A DNA stretch of 30,105 nucleotides from a virus (lineage: Duplodnaviria; Caudoviricetes), in IMG/VR virus record IMGVR_UViG_3300005573_000033, positions 1 to 30,105 of that record; one strand, given 5' to 3'. Under the pieces are notes generated by a model, which saw only the letters and a list, made by a program, of their open reading frames with translations, was not told the origin of the DNA and ran no database searches. The translations under genes and the position numbers were made by a program. Within the stretch, counting starts at the first letter, position 1; every line of letters starts with the position of its first letter. This document shows, one piece after another, positions 1 through 6,590 of the stretch.

Positions 1-121
1 GCTGCCACGAAGTCGGCCAGCATAGTTATTGCACTGCCCAATTCATCCAGTGAGCAGTGTGTCACCACAAAATACCCAGGTTGCTTCGTGGCGGAGTCAA
101 CTGACCATGTTACGACGATCC
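1..121 (+). repeat. Terminal direct repeat copy 1 (assembly circularisation overlap)
   Basis: gctgccacgaag...tacgacgatcc is identical to 29985..30105. Confidence 0.97.
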
Positions 122-224
122 CAGGCCATTCAAGCTGTTGCGACCGAGGAAGAGCTATCTGACAGGGCAGAAATGTACTCACCTGCACGTCATCGTTGCT
201 CATATACCTCAGTTTGATGTCCAT
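1..224 (-). CDS. 5' part of a 99-aa hypothetical protein that spans the circular junction (continues 29984..29909)
   Basis: GGAGG RBS then ATG at 224; MDIKLRYMSNDDVQVSTFLPCQIALPRSQQLEWPGIVVTWSVDSATKQPGYFVVTHCSLDELGSAITMLADFVA joins in frame to ALKERCDNFAELVETLRSYITSEVQ*. Not in the supplied ORF track. Confidence 0.8.
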   Translation of the reverse strand, partial: MDIKLRYMSNDDVQVSTFLPCQIALPRSQQLEWPGIVVTWSVDSATKQPGYFVVTHCSLDELGSAITMLADFVA

Positions 225-239
225 TTTATCTATCCTCCA

Positions 240-407
240 CTAGTCATTATCCTTATCATCGTCATCCCGGATGGGAGCTAATATGCCCCCGTATGAAAAC
301 GGATTGGCCGTTACCTCGCCAAGCCAGCGAAAGTAACAGTCTTGACACCAAAATTCCCGGATAGGTAAAGATTCCGTCACAGCCTTGCAGAATCTACATA
401 CGTTCAT
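240..407 (-). CDS. 55-aa putative zinc-finger protein with acidic tail
   Basis: GGAGGGGAGG RBS, ATG at 407; MNVCRFCKAVTESLPIREFWCQDCYFRWLGEVTANPFSYGGILAPIRDDDDKDND*; two CxxC pairs; fills the gap between neighbours. Below the ORF-track cut-off. Confidence 0.75.
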   Translation of the reverse strand: MNVCRFCKAVTESLPIREFWCQDCYFRWLGEVTANPFSYGGILAPIRDDDDKDND

Positions 408-428
408 GTTGCTATCCTCCCCTCCATC

Positions 429-635
429 TTAGCTCAATCTTGTTTGTCGCAGAGCAAAGCCTATCTTGCCCTTGGTTTGAATTTTTACCAAAAACGCATA
501 CTCCTTACCTTCCTCACCCAAACGACTGTATAGGGCCACTGCGCCTTTCGGCGCGTCGTTTGGCATGTGTTCTAGCTCCCAACCCTGTGCGCCAATGGCG
601 CTATGTGCCTTAAGGGGATCAGTGTACATGTTCAT
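429..635 (-). CDS. Hypothetical protein (68 aa)
   Basis: AGAAAGGA RBS before ATG at 635 (MNMYTDPLKAHS...), preferred over the TTG at 686. Confidence 0.7.
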   Translation of the reverse strand: MNMYTDPLKAHSAIGAQGWELEHMPNDAPKGAVALYSRLGEEGKEYAFLVKIQTKGKIGFALRQTRLS

Positions 636-743
636 GGCAAATTCCTTTCTATGTCTATAGCGGAAAAATACGGCGTAGTGAAACAAAACCTTAACAGATA
701 TTATGCATGGTCATTTTACCTCCTATAGTATATATCCATGATG

Positions 744-1103
744 TTATCGCCACCTCAATAAATCACCGACGGATACACCGTAGGCATTTCGCCAGATAAG
801 GACATCTGGCCGAGCGACAAAAACTAAACGTGAAAGTCGTGGTGCACACATAGCTAGCATGTGTGCTACGGTAGACTTATTGCAGTCTTGCAATTGTAGT
901 ATGTCGTGGAATTTATCATCTCCTATCCACACCTCTAGCGCCTGAGTAGGTACGGAACGGGCAAGCACGTGTGCAACTGTCTCACCCATTCCGTCCACTA
1001 CAGTGGACCAGGTATTATACCTTTGTGAATATTTACAGTAGAGAAACCACAGTGGTTTCTCCTCCACCTCTGATCTAGACACAGATTTGATTATTTTTCT
1101 CAT
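744..1103 (-). CDS. Ankyrin-repeat-like protein, paralogue A (119 aa)
   Basis: GAGG RBS before ATG 1103; repeats DGMGETVAHVLA, DCNKSTVAHMLA, NAYGVSVGDLL resemble the ankyrin D/NxxGxTxxHxAA consensus at ~33-37 aa spacing; paralogue of 1667..2023. Confidence 0.7.
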   Translation of the reverse strand: MRKIIKSVSRSEVEEKPLWFLYCKYSQRYNTWSTVVDGMGETVAHVLARSVPTQALEVWIGDDKFHDILQLQDCNKSTVAHMLAMCAPRLSRLVFVARPDVLIWRNAYGVSVGDLLRWR

Positions 1104-1172
1104 TTTTTGGGCCTCTTTAGCCAACATTTAATTGGACAAATCTTATTGACATGTGACCGTTTCTTGGCTGAC

Positions 1173-1610
1173 TCAATCGTTTGTAAGAACACTGCCCCAT
1201 CTGTAGACTGAGGCAGCATCTGTATAGATGTTGCTAGTATCATTATCGGGGTGATTATCATACATGGAGAGCAAATGTATCGCGCGCTTCATGCGCACAA
1301 TAATCCGCGCGCATTTCTGTTCATACCTGCACGCGGATTCTATATTCTCTTCTAATGCTGGGATAACCCCAGCAAACGTGCCGTGTTCCCGGTAGTACCG
1401 CACGGCGAACATGATACCGCGCCAACCATACCGCGCGGCACTGATTTTGGCCGCCTGCAGGAGCACATCATACCCATACTCCTGCGTGTGCCAAATCACA
1501 GAGCTGACGGCGTGAGATTCCACACCGTTTTTGTGACATGTGTATCGAACATTGTCCCACGCAACGCCGAGAGATTCGGCGATGCGTTTAGACATATCTA
1601 ATTCATTCAT
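1173..1610 (-). CDS. Hypothetical protein (145 aa)
   Basis: GGAG RBS then ATG at 1610 (MNELDMSKRIAESLGV...); the ATG at 1643 lies inside a hairpin. Confidence 0.7.
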   Translation of the reverse strand: MNELDMSKRIAESLGVAWDNVRYTCHKNGVESHAVSSVIWHTQEYGYDVLLQAAKISAARYGWRGIMFAVRYYREHGTFAGVIPALEENIESACRYEQKCARIIVRMKRAIHLLSMYDNHPDNDTSNIYTDAASVYRWGSVLTND

Positions 1611-1621
1611 CTCGTTACTCC

Positions 1622-1661
1622 AAAAATAAAGGTAGATCGTCATAAAGACGATCTACCTTTA
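1622..1661 (-). terminator. Intrinsic terminator after ankyrin paralogue B
   Basis: 15-bp perfect inverted repeat TAAAGGTAGATCGTC-ataaa-GACGATCTACCTTTA (1627..1661) followed by TTTTT on the minus strand. Confidence 0.8.
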
Positions 1662-1666
1662 GGTAG

Positions 1667-2023
1667 CTATTGCCAGTGTAGCAAATCAGATACTGCTACA
1701 TTGTTATTATCTTGTTTACACAGTATATCGGGATGTGTCAACAAGACTAATCGAGTTAATCGTGGCGCACGCACCGCGAGCACGTGCGCCACGGTAGTTC
1801 CAGTATGATTTGAGAGCTGTAACAGGTGGCTAAACTTTGGGTCCCCTACCCAAGCCTCTAGTGCCTGAGTAGGAACTGTTGTGGCCAGGACATGGGCCAC
1901 AGTGTCACCTGTGGCCTCATCTGTTAATACAGTTGACCAGATTTGCATTCTCTGAGTTATATCACAGTGGAGGAACCGGAGAGGTTCCTTCTCAATCATT
2001 TGTCTAGACACGTTCTTGAACAT
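1667..2023 (-). CDS. Ankyrin-repeat-like protein, paralogue B (118 aa)
   Basis: AGGAGG RBS; TGDTVAHVLA, NHTGTTVAHVLA, DNNNVAVSDLL motifs; colinear with 744..1103 (VPTQALE.W.GD.KF, APRL.RLV shared). Confidence 0.72.
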   Translation of the reverse strand: MFKNVSRQMIEKEPLRFLHCDITQRMQIWSTVLTDEATGDTVAHVLATTVPTQALEAWVGDPKFSHLLQLSNHTGTTVAHVLAVRAPRLTRLVLLTHPDILCKQDNNNVAVSDLLHWQ

Positions 2024-2032
2024 GGTATCCTC

Positions 2033-2350
2033 CTATCTAAGCCCCACCTGGACTGTGGCCAAGTGATATGCTTCGGTTTTGCCACCAGCTAGTTTTTCCA
2101 ACTTGCCTTCGTGTACTTTATAATAGTACACGAATGTCTCGTCTCCGATGAAATCCTTCTGTCCTCTTGCGACGATATTACCCTCATCGCAATCGAGGAT
2201 CAACACCCCTTCCTGCCCAATTTTCCCAACCCAATTACCCCAGATATACTTGACTTTTCCTGTTGGCTTAAACACTACTAACCGCGCTATCCATGGTTTT
2301 CCAAACCGCTTAGGATTATAATATCCGGTCTTAATCTTCACAGTACTCAT
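2033..2350 (-). CDS. Hypothetical phage protein (105 aa), basic, beta-rich
   Basis: AGGAGG RBS; YNPKRFGKPWIA...GNIVARGQKD looks like a conserved globular phage family; function unknown. Confidence 0.8.
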   Translation of the reverse strand: MSTVKIKTGYYNPKRFGKPWIARLVVFKPTGKVKYIWGNWVGKIGQEGVLILDCDEGNIVARGQKDFIGDETFVYYYKVHEGKLEKLAGGKTEAYHLATVQVGLR

Positions 2351-2387
2351 GTTATCCTCCTATTGCTAATCATTTACCACTGTCCAT

Positions 2388-2416
2388 ATATTACATCAGA
2401 TATATACATGTTTCAA
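2388..2416 (-). promoter_or_regulatory. Sigma70/sigmaA-type promoter for the leftward early genes
   Basis: Minus strand TTGAAA(2416..2411)-N17-TAATAT(2393..2388), 38 nt upstream of ATG 2350. Confidence 0.6.
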
Positions 2417-2418
2417 TG

Positions 2419-2430
2419 GTACTTAAGTAC
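2419..2430. promoter_or_regulatory. Perfect 12-bp palindrome GTACTTAAGTAC next to the -35 box; possible operator
   Basis: Palindrome seen directly, 2 nt upstream of the -35; its function is inferred. Confidence 0.4.
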
Positions 2431-2443
2431 TATAACGAATGTT

Positions 2444-2685
2444 CTATTTTTGGACAATAAAATCACAAAAATAATACGCAGTATCAGCTAAAGCGGCACC
2501 AAGGATTATTGGCACAATATAATAATAATAATGAACAACGCAAAAAATAATGACTGATTTATTGATTATCCAACACAATATGCTGAGATAAGTGAGTTAT
2601 CTATAATCATAGCCACAAATGATCCAGCAAATATAGCTACTGGTGTAATAGCTATAGTTACCTTATCATGCTGATGCCCGGTCAT
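2444..2685 (-). pseudogene. Decayed DUF2227/YdjM-like membrane metal-binding protein remnant
   Basis: GGAG RBS and ATG 2685 give MTGHQHDKVTIAITPVAIFAGSF... (M.G..HD.xT N-terminal motif), which stops at 2566; the -1 frame carries ...IVPIILGAALADTAYYFCDFIVQK* resembling the C-terminal G...ADxxHxxxD motif; the middle is missing. Confidence 0.4.
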
Positions 2686-2872
2686 TGATGACTCCAGCAT
2701 AGATGAGTAATGGTGTATGGATGATATGTTTTGGGTATGTCTTATATCGTTCAAAAAATATGCCAAAGACGAACTCGTCAGGTGTGTCTGGAGTAAAACA
2801 TAGCCACCAACATTTAGACTGTTTAATAATATCTGGAACATTATTCAGCAACAATTGTTTGGTATCCATCAT
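2666..2872 (-). CDS. Hypothetical protein (~68 aa)
   Basis: ORF overlapping both neighbours in the leftward operon; WWLCFTPDTP...FFERYKTYPKHIIHTPLLIYAG looks protein-like. Confidence 0.6.
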   Translation of the reverse strand: MMDTKQLLLNNVPDIIKQSKCWWLCFTPDTPDEFVFGIFFERYKTYPKHIIHTPLLIYAGVINDRASA

Positions 2873-3161
2873 GTATTAATCGCTGTGCTAATAATTCTCC
2901 TTTATCATCATGATAATAACTCAATTCATGGATATGTGTAGAAGATGGTTCGGTAACAAAATACGCATACCGAAATCGCAGCGAATCTGTTATAAGTAGG
3001 TAAGATACTGGTAAAGAGTGTTTACCCAGTTGTATCTTAAAAACATCTTGTGTAAATATATCTACACAAACATTATCCGGAACAACAGCGCAAATAAATT
3101 TATCTCCCACAGTAAGATCGCTGCAATGTACCTCTATAGTATCTTTTGTATAAATAATCAT
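2841..3161 (-). CDS. Hypothetical protein (106 aa)
   Basis: GAGGA RBS; TAATG stop/start overlap with the upstream gene at 3161. Confidence 0.7.
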   Translation of the reverse strand: MIIYTKDTIEVHCSDLTVGDKFICAVVPDNVCVDIFTQDVFKIQLGKHSLPVSYLLITDSLRFRYAYFVTEPSSTHIHELSYYHDDKGELLAQRLIHDGYQTIVAE

Positions 3162-3466
3162 TATTCCTCATCCTCGTTCTTTAGTGTCAAAACAATTCCC
3201 GGAGGATTCATGCTCCAATCAATTTCAGCTCCACGAATCACCAAATGCAACTCATGTGAATCAGTCAAATTTTCTGCATAAACATCGAATCCTGATACAA
3301 GTAGTTGATATACACTGCTCTCAAATACATCTAGAGCTAATTCGGGACTTAATTTGCCGTTTCGTATTGTCACGTCGCTGTTTATTGGCGACGTAGACGG
3401 CATAGGCTCGTGAATCTCTGTCCCATCGCCCACCGTAGACCGTCTGTCTCTGTGCTCCTCTGCCAT
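3161..3466 (-). CDS. Hypothetical protein (101 aa)
   Basis: GGAGGTGG RBS before ATG 3466 (MAEEHRDRRS...); coupled to the next gene. Confidence 0.7.
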   Translation of the reverse strand: MAEEHRDRRSTVGDGTEIHEPMPSTSPINSDVTIRNGKLSPELALDVFESSVYQLLVSGFDVYAENLTDSHELHLVIRGAEIDWSMNPPGIVLTLKNEDEE

Positions 3467-3611
3467 TGCGCCACCTCCAATACTTACCATCACCACGACT
3501 CTCTACACGCCAATTATTGCGTATAGCATATAACTGCCTCAAATTCCAATCTACACCGCTGATTGGGGACGGTGACCATTTCCGGATTCCCGGGCTATCA
3601 CATCTTTTGGG
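3321..3611 (-). CDS. Putative -1 frameshift extension of the 3551..4309 membrane protein; basic Trp/Arg-rich domain
   Basis: The frame opens exactly at the slippery heptamer C_CCA_AAA (3611..3605), with TAG immediately before it; encodes ...WRVESRGDGKYWRWRNGRGAQRQTVYGGRW...; no good independent RBS/ATG. Confidence 0.55.
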   Translation of the reverse strand, partial: PKRCDSPGIRKWSPSPISGVDWNLRQLYAIRNNWRVESRGDGKYWRWRNGRGAQRQTVYGGRWDRDSRAYAVYVANKQRRDNTKRQIKSRISSRCI

Positions 3612-4309
3612 CTAATGTCCTCAAATTCAATATCTCCATTATCTGGTACCACAATTGGAGTCGTAATTGTTGAAATCGGAACACCACCGGATGTTGGAAT
3701 AGGTTTCGATGATGACACTGAATTAATTGAAGTCGAGACCAATCTATCAGCCGGTAATTTAGCTGCCTGAGCAATAATCCGAATTGCTTCCTCGGTCATT
3801 GAATTACTCACTGATTCAGCAACACTGTCAGCCATAGATGATACACGTTGCTGTAGTTGTTGATACGCACGTTCAAATACCTCATCCTGCGCAGAGCGTA
3901 GGGCCATCTGACGTCGTACCTCTGAATCGGTTAGATGCATAAGGATGATCGCAGTAAGATTTGCGATCGTAGCTATGATTACTGTCCAAATTGCAACCGA
4001 CCGAAATACTTCCGGCGCAGCCACTAATGTCTGTGATAACCAAATATCACAGGTAGCGATGGTCGCTACGGTAACTGTATCCACAACTGTAAGTACTCCC
4101 GAAATAATTCGCTGGGGAATCCCCTGCGCACCACTAATATACTGTAGTAGCCACACCACAATACCAATATCAGCTACAGCTAAACCAAGCAATGCAATCA
4201 CTAATGTATTGGTTGTGCTATACAATATGTGCACAGTGCGATACGATGTCCACAAAAGAGTGACTCCAGCCAATCCATAAAAAGACCACTTAGCGATAGT
4301 TTTTAGCAT
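3551..4309 (-). CDS. Membrane protein, ~4 TM helices + coiled coil + low-complexity tail (252 aa)
   Basis: AAAGGA RBS before ATG 4309; four hydrophobic stretches in the first ~125 aa; heptad-like QDEVFERAYQQLQQRVSSMADSVAESVS; Ser/Pro/Thr-rich tail. Confidence 0.85.
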   Translation of the reverse strand: MLKTIAKWSFYGLAGVTLLWTSYRTVHILYSTTNTLVIALLGLAVADIGIVVWLLQYISGAQGIPQRIISGVLTVVDTVTVATIATCDIWLSQTLVAAPEVFRSVAIWTVIIATIANLTAIILMHLTDSEVRRQMALRSAQDEVFERAYQQLQQRVSSMADSVAESVSNSMTEEAIRIIAQAAKLPADRLVSTSINSVSSSKPIPTSGGVPISTITTPIVVPDNGDIEFEDISPKDVIARESGNGHRPQSAV

Positions 4310-4335
4310 TGTGTATATTTCCTTTTGGAGGTAAA

Positions 4336-4915
4336 ATGTCAACAAAAATAAAAGAAAAATCAAAAGATTATGACGTATTTATAACATCCGATTATCATTA
4401 TGGCAAAAAAAACAGTACTTTATGATACTAAATTAGCAGTGCAGAAAATACGATCTGCATTCTCATTAATATCTCAACACAAATTATTAAATAATCTAAT
4501 CATCATCATACTCGGCGATGTAAATGATGGTACAGATATATATGCTACTCAGCCTCATCATCAAGCTATCACCAATGTGGAACAACAAGCATTTGAACTG
4601 TCTGGGATACTATCTACTAATATTTCACAGCTAAAATCCACCTATAAAAATATATATATCGAGTGTGTACCTGGTAATCATGGTCGTGCCGGTCGAAGTG
4701 CACACGAGGCCGCAAATTGGGATATTGTGACATATAGATACCTTGCATCTGAATTACAAGGACAACACATTTCAGTAACGTTCGGTGATTACACTAGAGA
4801 AAACATATTCCTACGAACAATCACTGTGTGTGGTAAAAAACTACTCCTGTATCACGGTCATGGCATCCTTAATGCCATACCACGTGGTGATAAAATGATT
4901 TTCTTTTTTTCTTGA
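4336..4915 (+). pseudogene. Calcineurin-like metallophosphoesterase, frameshifted at an A8 run and C-terminally truncated
   Basis: GGAGG-taaa-ATG at 4336 gives MSTKIKEKSKDYDVFITSDYHYGKK (motif I DxH), which stops at 4425; motifs LGDVNDG, PGNHGR and YHGH are in the +1 frame (ORF 4400..4915); the shift falls at A8 4405..4412; the final GHxH motif is absent. Confidence 0.75.
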
Positions 4916-5055
4916 CGAACAACATAATTATTTGGAACAGTAACCTCAATATAACAATCCTCCGGTTCAAATTCAGGACTATATTGTTTATATGATGTTG
5001 GATCAGTATTACAATGAATCCACTTCATGCATATATTAACTGATTTTTTACTCAT
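4858..5055 (-). CDS. Hypothetical protein (65 aa), possibly truncated
   Basis: AGGAG RBS; overlaps the upstream stop; the 3' end overlaps the antisense phosphoesterase fragment. Confidence 0.55.
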   Translation of the reverse strand: MSKKSVNICMKWIHCNTDPTSYKQYSPEFEPEDCYIEVTVPNNYVVRQEKKKIILSPRGMALRMP

Positions 5056-5635
5056 TCAGTTTCTCCTGAACAATTGATCGCTTCCAAAATGGAACACAAC
5101 TTTCATTGATTTTGACAAAATCTTTATCTATCTCGTAATTACCATAACTAGCAATAGACACAGCTAAAGTATCCGGCATAATCTCATAATACAAATCATC
5201 TGGCACTGATGACACGATAAATCTAATGGGAATAGTTGGTTCAATAATCCTGATAATTATCTCATCCCAGATCGCACCAGTAGCTTCGTATACCCCAATA
5301 CCATGTGCAAGTACACATACGTCTTGACGATGACGATAGAAATCGTTGTGGATATATATACGACCATACTTAGATCGTTTATCAGAATACCCACATAATC
5401 TAGCGATAATACCCCATCGCCTATCTCGATTTGCAACAATCTTAGGACGCATTGTTCGGCTAGGTACTACACCCCATGCTAAATCATCTACTGGATATTC
5501 TCCAATAACCGGAACGATAATCTGCCTAGACATTACTCCAGACGTTCCTACCCAGGTAGCATTGATCTCGACTGATTCTTTCGCACTACTGGGGTAGATA
5601 GTAAAAGTAGTTGTTTTGCAGTTATATAATATCAT
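5048..5635 (-). CDS. Hypothetical phage protein (195 aa)
   Basis: ATG at 5635 directly follows the stop of 5637..6173 (MILYNCKTTTFTIYPS...). Confidence 0.75.
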   Translation of the reverse strand: MILYNCKTTTFTIYPSSAKESVEINATWVGTSGVMSRQIIVPVIGEYPVDDLAWGVVPSRTMRPKIVANRDRRWGIIARLCGYSDKRSKYGRIYIHNDFYRHRQDVCVLAHGIGVYEATGAIWDEIIIRIIEPTIPIRFIVSSVPDDLYYEIMPDTLAVSIASYGNYEIDKDFVKINESCVPFWKRSIVQEKLNE

Positions 5636-5636
5636 A

Positions 5637-6173
5637 TTATTTATCCATATATGCGATAAAAGCAATTTTTTGATCATTATTTGAGGACAGTCTGATAAAT
5701 GGTAAATCATCTGTAAGTTCAATAGCAATTAAATCATTTAAACCAAAAACGGCATCATCTAGATAACAGATATTTATTTGTTTAACAAATACAAATGGGG
5801 ATTGATGGTGTGTAGTGACAGAACAAAATGCAGATTGACCATTTAAAGATAATTTGAGTTGAGAATCCGTTATTTGCAATGTGGCTGGATCGAAGATAAA
5901 TTTTTTTCTTTGGCCTCGTATTTGTTTAATTATATTGACTAAATCAGATTTAGATACAGAAATTTTAATTACTGTGCCATGATTTTGAGCTTCAACGTAG
6001 CGTTGCATTAGGACAGACAAGAATGGTTGACCTTGCTTACGAAATCTTGTATTCAAGCGTAACGCATGCAGTCTATGTCCATCAGTCTGGAATATATAAT
6101 TATCGTTAATATGTTTTCCATCGCATGGACGAAACCGTCCCAACTTTTTAAGCCATATATTTGCTGTCGACAT
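5637..6173 (-). CDS. DNA polymerase III beta-clamp (DnaN)-like partial-length protein (178 aa)
   Basis: GGAG RBS; QTDGHRLH matches the clamp ATDGHRL motif; QINICYLDDAV...IAIELTDDLPFIRLSS...IAFIAYM resembles the clamp domain III xNxxYLxDAL...P...xxxMP pattern; about half the length of DnaN. Confidence 0.6.
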   Translation of the reverse strand: MSTANIWLKKLGRFRPCDGKHINDNYIFQTDGHRLHALRLNTRFRKQGQPFLSVLMQRYVEAQNHGTVIKISVSKSDLVNIIKQIRGQRKKFIFDPATLQITDSQLKLSLNGQSAFCSVTTHHQSPFVFVKQINICYLDDAVFGLNDLIAIELTDDLPFIRLSSNNDQKIAFIAYMDK

Positions 6174-6590
6174 TTTTATTCTCCAGTTTTAGTTTTACTG
6201 TTGTCGCTAATACAATACACCTATTGTCAAAAATGTAAATAGTTCATTTCAGTACCAATTTTCTTAGTAACTATATATAAGCAAAACAACCAAAAATACT
6301 ATGGTGGTACAGATATATGGTAGTGGTGGTATAATATAAATCTAATGCACAGGTATGACGATATAATATAAAAGTAAGGAAGAATTAACGTTTTAGGTAT
6401 TGACAAATGAATTAATATGATATTATTGCAAACAGAGATTTAAATTGTCATTTATTTGTTGTAAGAATGCATATTTTGTTTGAGTATCTGATTAGATTGT
6501 TTTTACAGTGAGATGAATATCTACAACGAGGGTTTACTTTTTGAGTAATTTGGTGTATTACTATGGTATTGACTAATTGGGAGTAATGAC
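6174..6590. promoter_or_regulatory. AT-rich divergent control region (early leftward / late rightward promoters; candidate replication origin or pac region)
   Basis: Longest non-coding stretch, between divergent operons; minus TTTACA(6239..6234)-N16-TATTGT; plus TTGACA(6400..6405) with TGn-TATTAT (6418..6426); short repeats TATGGT(A/G)GT and TATAATATAAA. Confidence 0.65.

Noticed and set aside
29-217. Plus-strand 62-aa ORF
   Set aside because: Antisense shadow of the RBS-supported minus-strand gene that spans the junction.
3945-4280. Plus-strand ORFs in the early arm (also 1383..1601, 3018..3281, 3184..3396, 5346..5597)
   Set aside because: Antisense shadows of the tightly packed leftward operon.
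4400-4915. Intact 171-aa phosphoesterase starting at ATG 4400
   Set aside because: It lacks motif I (found upstream in another frame behind the real RBS) and motif V; treated as a pseudogene.
6290-6375. CRISPR mini-array or iteron array in the control region
   Set aside because: Repeats are only about 10 bp, two or three copies and irregular; no repeat-spacer periodicity.
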